Of a stretch of DNA of 64,000 bases, positions 50,555 to 62,479 are shown in pieces (within the stretch, counting starts at the first letter, position 1; each line of letters begins with the position of its first letter). Source of the DNA: Octopus sinensis (taxonomy: Eukaryota). The notes beneath the pieces are model-generated. The model ran no database searches. It saw only the letters and a list, made by a program, of their open reading frames with translations, and was not told the DNA's origin. The translations under genes were made by a program, and so were the position numbers. Location of the stretch: positions 91,264,001 to 91,328,000 of the forward strand of contig NC_043006.1 in NCBI RefSeq assembly GCF_006345805.1, given 5' to 3'.

Positions 50555-52734
50555 CCTTAAAAAAACAAAATCCTTAAACTTTGTAGAACCCCTTTTTCTG
50601 CTTCTGCGATTATATTCGTCGGGTTTGTGATATAAGAAAACCTCATGTCTTCCCCGCCCCACCAACTGGCCATGTAAACAAGTATACCAATCATTGATTA
50701 GGTTAATGGCTCTGCGTTTGATTTATAGCTAAACACGCAGTTGTTTGACTAGAAACAGGAGTTAAATAAGGAAGTGTCTGGAAATGTTTTAGAAACTTCT
50801 TTTCGTTTTCGTTTTTTAAAAGAAGCCGGTCGGTGGTGGCGGGGATTAGAGTAGGAAGTGTACAGTTAAATGTATTTCACAAATTGTTTTTTCCATCTTT
50901 TATTATAAATGATTGAATACTTCAATAATAGGAAAACAGATAAAATAAAAAAGAAAAACAAACACATTTTATTTATTATATTTTCGGGGGAATATTGCTA
51001 TTCATTTTTTATGATAACCATATTTTATAGTTAACTGTCTTTCTTCGTAAATTCAACCATGTGTTTTTCTTTCTTTTTTATTATTATTATTATTAAAGAA
51101 ATCTCTTCTTTCGATGTCTTTTTATCTTTATTTCTTCAATTATATGTATATTTATTTCCATTCTAGTTTTATTACCGTTAATTCTCCAGTCATTCTTGCC
51201 TTTAGTTTTCTTGATTCTATATTACGAATTCCTATACTTGTGCGTCACAAATTTCTATGAAATAACTTTCTTGGCACTAAGTTACTATTTCTGAAATATA
51301 TTTCAGGGCGAAATTAGCTCATATAATACAGATAGTGTTTCAATTATGATAGCTTTCCCTAATATTTCAGAAATAATTCATTTCCCAAGTCGATTCACTG
51401 TAGATTTCAATTTTTCCCTCACTTCTAACTCGATATTCCAATATCTCAAGACAGTTTTACAGTTATTGAACAACAACATTACATTACGGCCTTCACAGTT
51501 CGGGGTTTTGATCCGCGGATCAATCTAGCAATCTAAGCTGTAGTTTGTGCTCATCTGCAATTTTGTGCCTATCGTTTCTATTCCCCAGACTCAAAATGAT
51601 TTGCTTTCATGTTATAAATACAAATAGCAAGTTAGAAACAAATCATTTGCACCATTCTTCTAATTTCCGCAATTATTCTAAGGAGACTCCCGGTAATGTT
51701 ATTGCAGTCTCTAAAGTATTTTACAAAGGTTGTGGTATGTATGTATGTATGTATGTCTACAAGTGGTGGAGTTGGCCAAAGATAATGCTTGTCAGGATTA
51801 AATAATTTATTTTGTTTCCTTCCCCATCAATGAATTCTTCGTTCAAATAACCTCGCCGTCGACTTTGCCTTTCATTTATCCAGGATCAGCAAAACAAGTA
51901 AGTACCTGCATCAATAGTACATCGAATCCAATCAATCGATTTTCGCTTTTCATTTACAATATAAGTCTCGTGTTTAGCTGTTTAGTCAGGAGAAATCAAT
52001 ATTCTTTTTCAAGTTCACGAAGAATTTTGGTGAGAATTAATAGCAGTCGTAGTATAGCAGATTCGTCTTTCGGGTTGTATTTGTTACAATCAGTGTGTAT
52101 ACTTTAATCTTTCATAATTACTCTAAGGCAGCGACAGCCGAGTCGCTAGAGCGTCGAACCTACTGCCATGCGTTCTGTGCTCAAATCCCAAATTCGCCTT
52201 TCTTAACCCAGGAAATAGATTGCTAGAAGTTATAGATGGGTAGGGTGGGATGCTTTGTGATATTTGTTCAAGTCCTTAAGTTCTGGCAGTAAGACGGGTC
52301 TTCTGAATAGAAGCAAAGTCGAGCAAAGGAGGCGGATTTTTCTCTGAATAAGCATTGTTGGCATGGAGAGGAGAAATTTGTACGTAAGGGCAACTATCAG
52401 CCTTCCACAATAAACCTTTTTCACATCTGTGCATGCAAAGGTAGATACAGGGTCAAATCTTGACTGACGGAGGCCCAAGAATTAGTTAACTTAAAGGGAC
52501 AACTTTTTTCCAACTGATAAGACCTCATAAGGACGGAGTTGGGGTTTCACAGGGGTTAAACTGAGAAAAAAGATATTTTTGATTAGGATAGGATACGTTC
52601 AGTTTTTCCTTTGTAGAGGAATTGAACCCGTTGCAAATAGATATTTAGTCGATTCCATAGTTCGAGGGAACAGCTTAATGAAAATAACCAGTTCCTCTAA
52701 ATCTTATCCGATCGTCTTTAAAAATACTTCTTTC

Positions 52735-52860
52735 TAATTTTGGCCCTAGACCAGCTGTTTTAAGGGGAAACGGGATCGATTACATCGACCCCAGTGCTCA
52801 ATTGGTACTTATTTTTTCGATCCCGAAAGAATGAAAGGCTAAGTCAATCTCATTGAAATA
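52735..52860 (-). mobile_element. SINE family B, 3' part
   Basis: GATCGATTACATCGACCCCAGTG...GAATGAAAGGCTAAGTC on the plus strand. Confidence 0.65.
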
Positions 52861-54277
52861 TCGTCTTAAAAATCAATGTTGTGGATAATGTCGTCCAGGA
52901 TACACAATATTTGAAAAAATGACAATATGGTCACGGTTGGAACACTTTTGATCATTGGTTTCATTGATGAGGATGACTTGGGAGCGAAACAACAAGAATT
53001 CGCGGGAGGCAAACGTAATTTGTCGTTTGGTTTAGCACCACGTCCTGGCAACAGATTAGACTCCATTATGGCATATTGGGTACCTTAGCAAAGTCTACTG
53101 TGTTGCAAGAATTAGAATTAGTCTTCAGTTTGAAGATTACTTCTTCACTGCCACAGATCTGAGAGGCTTTGTAAAAAGGCGTGGGAAGTCTTCCCTCGCG
53201 ATAAAAGATGAAAATATAAACCACCATTCGCATTAGCGCGGTGGAAGTGTTTCACAGAAATAATAAAGTGAGACATCATCGTAGGCTTCAATATTAACAG
53301 GGAGTTGAAAGATTTGGATTCTTGGAGCAATTAAGAGATAAAAGTTCCCCGTAGAGGTTACTTAAAACCTGAAAAAGAGAATAGATTAATAAATTAAGAT
53401 TAATAAAGAAATTTCTGGAAAAAAATAGGCGCTTGATGATGTCTTTAAGGAAGGAATCAAACATCTCTCAGTCTTTTAGACTCTTCCAAAAAGTATTTTG
53501 TGTTCTGTTGGCAAAGTAGTGAGCAGTACACACACACACACACCCACATACAACTACACACACACACACTCCGTCTCTCATAAACTGATGCTGATTATGA
53601 TAACCAACAACATAGTTTTGTATTAAAAGCATTTTATAGGAAATTGCACTTTTCTCAAGTTCTCATTAAGTGTTGAAACATTATTTTCACGATGAGTGAT
53701 GGAGCATCTGATAACTGAAGAAGTTTTAACCATTCTATAATCAAGTTCTAAAGGACAAGACCCGGCATTGTAGCGAGAGGCAAGCTTTTAGCGAATTGCA
53801 TCCGATATGCGGTTTTCGATTCCTGGTTGAAAGACATTTAACTTCATTTAAGCCTCTAATGGATTTGGGAAAGGCTCAACATCATAACAATGAAGGTCCA
53901 TTATTTCATGTTTTAAGAAAGGGGGAAATAAAAACAATGCAAAGAAACAATGCTTATTAACTAAGGCTCGTTGAAACCCCTTATTTGGCCGAACATATCC
54001 TTCCTTTCGGGAATTAAAAAAAGAAATCTAATTTGATTGTCTGTTCCAATCATTTAACTTCTCATACGCTATTAATTCCTCATTAAAAGACTCGAATATC
54101 ATTCTAATTCATTTTATCTCCTCTATAAATCTGAGGATTTAAGTGGATGGCAAAAATCAATAAAATAAAAACCAGAAGCCGAGGAATCGAGGCCCTATTT
54201 CGACAACAGCAACTAATTTGACAAGAAATAGTAATTGCGAAATGTAATGTAAAAGTAATTACTTCCCCCCCCATACC

Positions 54278-54412
54278 TTTTTCAGTCATTGGACTGCAGC
54301 CATACTGGAGCACCGCCTCGAGGTGTTTAGTCGATCAAATTAAACCTAGTGTTGATCTTTAAATCTGATTTCCTGCAATAGGACGTAAACACAAGTACAA
54401 AAATGTACGCGT

Positions 54413-54450
<38 letters not shown>

Positions 54451-54610
54451 CAGTCTTCTGTTCAATGTTTCTCTGCTAAATTCCCACGTCCATCTTTAGT
54501 TTGACCAGGGATATAGTTGGAGACACTTACCCCAAAAGGTACTACGGAGTGGGATTGAACCCGAAACCAGATAATTACGAAGCGAACTTCTTAGTGACAC
54601 AACCACCCTT
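54278..54610 (-). mobile_element. SINE family A, degenerate
   Basis: GGGTTCAATCCCACTC...GGCGGTGCTCCAGTATGGCTGCAGTCCAATGACTGAAAA. Confidence 0.7.
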
Positions 54611-54967
54611 TCTCCTAAAATTGCAGAATGTGAAAGAAAGAAGGCAAGAGACTCCAGCAGTCTCTTTTTTCTCTGTCTTGAAAAGGAGTAAAAACAGTAA
54701 AAACTTCGGGTTTGATGAGAAAATCTGTTTCTCAAAACTGTTGTTTTCCAAATAAGGAGAGCATGTACCAAAAGTCATCCGGGGCCAGTGTCTTTTGTTA
54801 CAAAGTCTCAATTCTTCCGTGGAGAAGCTGAAACTTTGCCCTCTCAGTGGCCGCGTCTATTCTACTGCAAGATTTTTGAAATTAAGGTTATTTTAGAAAT
54901 ACTCTTACGTTCAATCCTTACTCTGACTGGGTTGTTAGCGTACAATTTCAGACGATTACCATATATA

Positions 54968-55385
54968 TTTCTTTACTACCCACAAGGGGCTAAACACAGA
55001 GGGAACAAACAAGGACAGTCAAACGGATTAAGTCGATTATATCGACCCCAGTGCGTAACTGGTACTTAAATTATCGACCCTGAAAGGATGAAAGGCAAAG
55101 TCCACCTCGGCGGAATTTGAACTCAGAACGTAACGGCAGACGAATTACCTATTTCTTTACTACCCACAAGGGGCTAAACACAGAGAGAACAAACAAGGAC
55201 AGTCAAACGGATTAAGTCGATTACATCGACCCCAGTGCGTAACTGGTATTTAATTTATCGACCCCGAAAGGATGAAAGGCAAAGTCGACTTCGGCGGAAT
55301 TTGAACTCAGAACGTAGCGGCAGACAAAATACGGCTACGCATTTCGCCCGGCGTGCTAACGTTTCTGTCAGCTCTCCGCCTTCGT
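54968..55385 (-). mobile_element. SINE family B dimer (both halves with the CCCCTTGTGGG tail)
   Basis: A full copy at about 55150-55385 is joined via AAAGAAATA|GGTAATTCGTC to a headless copy at 54968-55149. Confidence 0.88.
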
Positions 55386-56882
55386 ATAATTCTGTATCAA
55401 AGGTATGAAAAACTGACATGCTTACCCGCAAACGTCTTCAAGACACCCCCCGGGAGAACTTGAACTAACCCCTGCAAATGAACAAAACGTTTATCAATGC
55501 TTAAAATATTCAGCTATACAGTCACACATTAACTACTCACAGCGACGTGAACTGGACCGTTGCGAGTGAAGTGCTTTGGCACAGAAACAAGGCACCGACG
55601 GCGACATTAGACAAACCACTGACGACTTGACCCATTAATGCTCCTCATCTTATTTTCGTTCGTGTGTTAAAAAATATTGATTCTGTTTATGATGGAACAC
55701 CACTGTCTGAGCTGTAAAAGTGAGTGTGATCTATAAAAATCAGAATTATAACAAATAATGTTGATAAAACTTAATTTCTTCCTATTATCACTGACCCAAA
55801 AGATTGATTACCAGCTAAAAACTTGAAAAATAAATTTAGTGACTTATCGATCTTTTCGTTCGTTTTCTCTTTAAAAATAACTCTTTTAAAATAGCCAAAA
55901 TGAGGAAAACATAAATTGAATAAAATCAAATTCTGAAAGAGAATAAAGAGAAGAAAGAGGAAAAAAAAATGAAAAAAAAAGTCAGCTGTTTTGGAACGAA
56001 GAATAAAGTGAATAAGCAAAAATTGAGGAATGTTAGATATTTTGTAAAAAAAAAGAGTTTCTCTAAAAGCACTGGTGATGCTGAAGATTATAAACGTTGT
56101 GAATGGCAAGGATACTACCGACGGTGGCTAGGGTACTACTGACGATGTCAAAGGTAACACAGGCGACGACGACAGGGCTACCACTAACGGTCTCTTCTTC
56201 ATATAATATATATCTAAGGTATATCATCTTGGCTCTCATCATACCTATGCCCTACCTTCGAGAAGAGTTTCACTCAACGTCTATAATTATTTAATCTCTT
56301 TATATCCTGTGTTTAACCTTTGCCTATAATCCATGTAAGGTTGAGAAAATCAATTCCTGGGACGATTAATCGACTATACTCTACACCCCACCACCACGCC
56401 ATGAAGTATGTGGTCTCGTGCCAGTGCTGGAATTTAATATAGACGTTAACGAAGTTTTCCCAATTTTTACTGTTTTTAGCCGCTGCTTGCAGCAATGAGA
56501 TGTTTCTACGTTGCAACTCCAGTTTAAATTTAGGTACACTTAGGCATTATTGAATTTAGAGTCTTAGCTATATAAAAAAACAAACCGGGCTGGTTATGAG
56601 ATCAATCCTCCGGTTGGTTGTCTGAAAACGTACCAATTCAATTTCACACTGTTATGACCAGGTACTAACAAAGTTCATGTTTTTTCTTTATGTAAATAAA
56701 ACTGTTTTGTCGCCTAAACAGATAATGCTGTATGGTAGCGATGAAGTAAATTGCGTCATTTCGGAACTTATAGTTCGAGCCCACAGCCCGGTGCTTGGAG
56801 CAAGTTTCTTCTGTCATGACTACCATCAATGCATTATGGAATAATTTGGCGGCTTGGTAGACGGAAATCATGGTAGACCAGC

Positions 56883-56941
<59 letters not shown>

Positions 56942-56943
<2 letters not shown>

Positions 56944-57145
56944 TGACCGCATGTGTATCACTGGCGATTTTTTCCCCTCCGTCTTCCCTTCCTTGGATCT
57001 TTCTTTTTCCTATGTTTCTGACGAAGAGCTCCGCTCGAAAGGTTAAATCCTTCTTTCCTTTCCTGAGCGTCCAATAACGCTATACTTGTTCAACGTCCTC
57101 GAATTGTTGTGTTTTCTCTTTGTGTTTTCATGTTTGGATTAACTA
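56942..57145 (+). mobile_element. Family H1 repeat with a hammerhead-like motif (core 57014-57048)
   Basis: GTTT-CTGACGA-A-GAGC-TCC-GCTC-GAAAG-GTT-AAAT, with (TA)n on both sides. Confidence 0.72.
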
Positions 57146-57250
57146 TATATATATATATATATAATAATAATAATATTAGGGATTAAATCCAAACTTACAG
57201 GGAAAAATTAGATTTAGGATTAAATCAAATTTCACAGTATAGATATAAAT

Positions 57251-57568
57251 TAAATTAGAGATAAAACCACTATTAGGCAACTCAAGCAGTGATAGACATA
57301 AACCAATACATAAATAACAAAAAATATAAATATAATTAATATAGTATATAATATATATAAAATATAAAATATAAAATTCAAAATTTAAATTTTAAAATTT
57401 TAAAATTTAATATTTTTAAATTTTTAAATTCTTATATTTTTTAATTTAAAATTTTAATTTTAAAATTTTATATTTTATATATGTTATATTTATATTTTTT
57501 GTTATTTATGTATTGGTTTATGTCTATCACTGCTTGAGTTGCCTAATAGTGGTTTTATCTCTAATTTA
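57251..57568. repeat. Long palindrome: about 85 bp perfect arms around an almost pure A/T spacer
   Basis: TAAATTAGAGATAAAACCACTATTAGGCAACTCAAGCAGTGATAGACATAAACCAATAC... at 57251-57335; its reverse complement is at 57484-57568. Confidence 0.92.
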
Positions 57569-57573
57569 TATAT

Positions 57574-57605
<32 letters not shown>

Positions 57606-57769
57606 ATATATATATATATAATTAATAGTTATCACCATACTAATATGGCAGTCTTATAAATATAAGACTAAAGCTGTCGCTGATTAGCTCCGTGAGGCCA
57701 CCGCCTCAAGCTAGCTATTTGACACACAAACTGCGTCCATCATAAACCTTCGAACAGGTTTATAATATT

Positions 57770-57804
<35 letters not shown>

Positions 57805-57811
57805 GTATGTA

Positions 57812-57852
<41 letters not shown>

Positions 57853-58029
57853 TAGCATTATGACCCGTCGTTGCAAGGTCATGGTGCTAGTGCATGTATA
57901 TATGTGTATATATATGTGTACATATTACATATACATCTATATATATACATCTACACATAAAATACAAAATACAAAGTTATATCTTGATATCGCTAGTGAT
58001 AACAATACTCAAAATATATAACAGACTGG

Positions 58030-58845
58030 AATTGTAGGCCCGTCTCTTGCAATTTCGATCAATTGTATCTTGTCCTCCCTCTTGTATAGAAGTGTGGCTA
58101 CAATCCAGCCTACCTCAACTTCTGGGGGGACATTTTAAATTTTTATCCGGGATGTAAAGGAAAAAATAAAATCTTTCCACTTTGCAAGGTTCGAGTCGAG
58201 TACTCCTTTGCACGCTCCGTTGACTCGAACCTTGCTTCTATTGTGGCGAATTTACCGCCTCTGGTTAGATATCTTTCATAGTTGCACCAAGACACTTTTC
58301 GATGGTGCTTTCCTCCAGGTGTTCAGATCTTTTTTCTCTACATTGTATACTTTATAGACAATGGTCTTTTCTTTTATTTAATTTTTTATTTCGTTTGGTG
58401 GTGTTATCCTAGATTCACCATCTTTGTCGGTGATCAATCCGAAATAGGTTTGTATTTCTTCCATTTTAATTTTAATGAGTTCGCGCCCGCCGACGGCTGC
58501 AGCGAAATTCATTTTTGAACTTTCTTCTATCGAAGGCATTCTAACAAAAATGCTTCCGTGTAAACGGTGAAAATGTCAATTTCCCCAAACAGGGACACAA
58601 TTCAATTTTTAAACAATAACCAAAGCTCCTTCTCCCAAAGGGGGAGGGTTACAGTTTACAATTATTTAACAAATGCAACACAACAACGTTTCCCTTACGA
58701 GGAACCAACAAACGTGATAACAATAGTTAAACAGAAATAATAATAACAACAAACCTTACGGTGAATCAAAAAGCAGTACACAGTTGAAGCTATAGTCCTT
58801 TATGTATAAGAAATAAACCAACAGCAGAACTCAGTAGAAGCGGCT
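58030..58845 (-). mobile_element. Tx1-clade LINE copy 3: 5' UTR plus ORF1 N-terminal fragment
   Basis: Minus-strand translation from 58539, with frameshifts: MNFAAAVGG...KTIVYKVY...IEKCL...GKFATIEARFES.ERAKEYSTRTL...NVPPEVEVGWIVA. This is collinear with the ORF1 of copies 1 and 2. Confidence 0.72.
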
Positions 58846-59100
58846 GTGATTTTTTATTACCCACAAGGTGCGAACAAAGAGGGGACAACACAATCTGATT
58901 TGGGGTCAGATTTACGAATGGTTTTACATAGATGATGAATTTAATAATTTTAACACATAATTACGAATCACAATAAAAACGAAAAAATCGGATGATGGGA
59001 CAGACCGGAAGACATTACGGATGGAGTGGGGGGCGGGTTTAGCTCGGACCCCACGAGCCCCACCTCGCCACTGATACCTGGGTTTCATCCTGTCCCACAT

Positions 59101-62100
59101 TTATGCGGTACCATTCATACGCAAAATCCGTGCTACATTCTTCCATCGTTTTTCGAACATTTTCTCAGTCAGGCATTTTCTCTCCAGCCTTATTTTCCTT
59201 TTAAGGTGGAAGATGAAGTAATTCATCAATCCAGGGCCAGAGATAAAATTGCCAGCCTCGTCTTCCAAATCACCTCTCTCGCAATTGCAACTACAACGAG
59301 AAAACAATTCTTACTTCTTTCGAGAGGAATTCCGGTGGGTCAATTTTTACAATAGACTTAGTCGACAGCTGTACTCTTCGTGTGTTTGTCAACGGTTGTT
59401 CGGCATAAACCCATACCTCTGATACCTCCGGACATTGAACAATAGCATGCGGGACGGTTTCCCTATCCCGCTTGCATCTTGGACATGTCGGATTGCCTTG
59501 GCCGCCATGCCTTGCGAGTTTGTCCCGAACAGGTAGAGCTCCTCTGTAACATTGCCATGCCAGAGACTTCTGAAAGTTGTCCAGGGTCTTCGGCCCGAAT
59601 GTACGTCGGAACAGACTGGCCAGCTGATTATCATCGAGACCTAGGGTTTCCCCTAAAGTATCGTCACATTCCGCCTCTACCAGCCCACTATAAAAGAATG
59701 TGGTGGAACCCCCACCGCAGGCGTTGCCCGAGCGACGGAATAGCAGGAGAGCCTTCCGACTCTCCGTAAACCATGTGCCCAGTTTTGATCTTCGATTCAA
59801 CCAGGTTTCCCATCCACCGAAACTAGTAAACTTGGGAAACATCAGTTTTGCCAGCGGAAACCACACCCGTTCACCATCCAGGTAGAACCACAGATGTTTC
59901 AACCTCAGCGCATGTCTGCACATCAACAGCCAAGGCATCCCTAGCCCACCCTTTAACGGTTGTTGACAGCAAGTAGAGCGCTTCACAAGCGGTTTCGAGC
60001 CCCTCCACAAAAAAGTGAAAGAGCTGTCTTTCCAGCTTGATCAACCACGAATCAGGGCAAAGAACAACGGATAGGCAGTAGGTGATGACCGATGCGATAA
60101 ACACATTGGTTACCTCCACCCTTCCTTTCAGGGATAGCCACCGCCAAGACCAGGTCTTGACTACTGCAGCCACCCTGCTCGATACCTCGGCCCAGTTCTT
60201 CTCTATTTGGAGGTCTGGTCCAAACCAAACCCCTAGCAACTTAATCGGACCCTCCGTCCAACGTCCCACGACGCTGTCAGGAGGCATCGACTTGCCTCTC
60301 CAGGTGCCGAGCTGCAAGCCGACTGACTTTTCACGATTAACTTTTGCTCCTGCCCCCGTCTCGTAAACCTCTATGGCCTTGCCTACACTTTGTAGGTGAT
60401 CCATTTCGGTTATGATAATGGTGATGTCATCCGCGTAAGCTGACACCAATTTTCCACAAACTGGCTGTCTCGGGATGCCGCTCAATTTTCGCAGTAATGG
60501 CTCGAGAGCCATCCCGTACAAAAGCGGAGAGAACGGACACCCTTGACGAACCGAGCGTTTGATGTTGAACGGCTTCGATAAGAAGTCGTTCACCCGAACT
60601 ACCGAGTCGATGTTGACGTAAATCTGAATGATCCACCTGAGGAAGCCAAGACCCAGGCCGAACTGTGCCAGAACGGACACTAGGTAGCGATGGTCAACCC
60701 TATCAAAAGCCTTAGATTGGTCTAAATGGACCAGTGCCCCACCCTTGCCAGAATCACTATTAAACCCCTCTAAAGTGTACCGCATAAGATGGAGATTATC
60801 TTGAATGGTTCTGCCGGGAACGGCACATGTCTGTGCCTCCCCGATCAGACCATCTGCGACACGCGCCAATCTTTTCGATAACACTTTGGCCGAAATCTTC
60901 AACTCTGTGTTTAGCAGAGTGATGGGCCGAAAATTATCAATACAATCCCCCTTGTCCGGGTCCTTTCTGACAGGCGTCACTACTCTCCGGCGCACAGATC
61001 TGGGTATGAACCCGTTCTGCTGCCAGTTCGCGTAGACCTCCGGCAGTAGGTGCCCGAACAAGTCTGGCATACTCTTATATAACTCATAGGGTAGACCATC
61101 CAGTCCTGGCGCCTTGCATGCGCCGCAGTCCGCCATAGTCTCAGTTACATCCTCAGGCGTGATCGGCCCTTCACAGCTCGCCGCATCTCACCCCGATAGG
61201 CGCGGCAGCCCGTCGAGAAGGTCCGCAAAGTCCCTCCTACTATCCTGTCCGCCGCCCCCACCGAAAAGCTGAGCGAAGTGCTCCTGAAAGGCCTCACACA
61301 TCTCCTCGGGTTCTTCTATCAACTTACTTTGTTGGTTCGTCAAAGATCGAATTGTGGCATCATTACCACGTTGAGCCTCCACCACTCGGGCCCATCCTGC
61401 GGCGTTGATTCACTCACAACCCACTGCGAGGATCCTAGCCCTGACAATGCAGCCCATGTGTTTGGCCTCGAGGTGCTGGTTTAACGCCAGTCTCTTGGCC
61501 GTCACCTGAGCCGCAGAGCCAGTTTTCATGGCTTCCACTAAATCTTTAACTAGAGTTGATCCCCTCCTAGCCTCTCTAGCCACTAATCCTATGCTATATC
61601 TAATAGACTCGAATTTTATGGCTCGCTTGAGAGCATACCACCATTTATTATTAATGATGGCACCAGATAGCGCCCTCTGAATCAATGTCCTAATCCGGTC
61701 TCTGTACTCCTTAATCGTCAAAAGGGGCGTATTAAGTTTCCAATAACCGGAGCCTCTCTTATATACCTTATCTATGTCAAGCTTACAGGTGACCATTTTA
61801 TGATCACTGTAGCTGACCGGGACTGTGGACACTTAGCTATTTCTCTATCTGCTTTTCTAATTAGTACTCTATCTATGTAAGACCTGGAAGATCCGTCGCT
61901 ATTTGACCATGTCCACAATGGAGCGTTCGGAAATTCCAACCTATAAGGATCTGCTAGCTCAAAGCGTCTTAGCAGTTGCAGGAAGCCAGGGTTCTGTACA
62001 CGAGCCAACATAATCTACTCGCGCCTGGTAAATTGTGTTGTAGTCTCCTAGCACAACTAATGAATGTGAAGTACTAAGAAACTTCTCTAGCTCTCGAAAA

Positions 62101-62465
62101 TACTCACTTTGCCCAGATGATGATGAGGGTGCATAAATTGCAACCAGTCTGATAACTTTACCTTTACTGAACGTCAAATCCATGACGACCAGCCTACCTT
62201 CTGGGTCTGAAAAAATTAACTTTTTCTCAAAAACCCGGTTTCTTTTTAATAGGACCTACACCCCACTCCCGCCGGTAGGACTGCCTGGAGACAAAAAACT
62301 CTCGTAGCCATTCAACAGCAGGAGATCTCCTGGCCCTTCTAACCGGGTTTCTGTAGCAACAATGACATCCAAATTCCGCGACCTGATGTCATTAAGGAAG
62401 CGACCTTGCTTCCAACTTGATCTCAGGCCACGCACATTTAAGCAACCAACATGAATGTTAGACAT
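59101..62465 (-). pseudogene. Tx1 ORF2 (APE, RT, C-terminal CCHC), with multiple frameshifts
   Basis: ORF pieces 62256-62465, 61959-62183, 61772-62011, 61410-61832, 61188-61385, 59871-61136, 59291-60010 and 59101-59307 are collinear. Confidence 0.9.
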
Positions 62466-62479
62466 TACTTAACTCAGTA

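Noticed and set aside
56795-56835. Hammerhead-like TTGATGG...GAAAC on the minus strand (also CTGATGCAGCGAGAAAC near 33364)
   Set aside because: No convincing stem I or stem II pairing.
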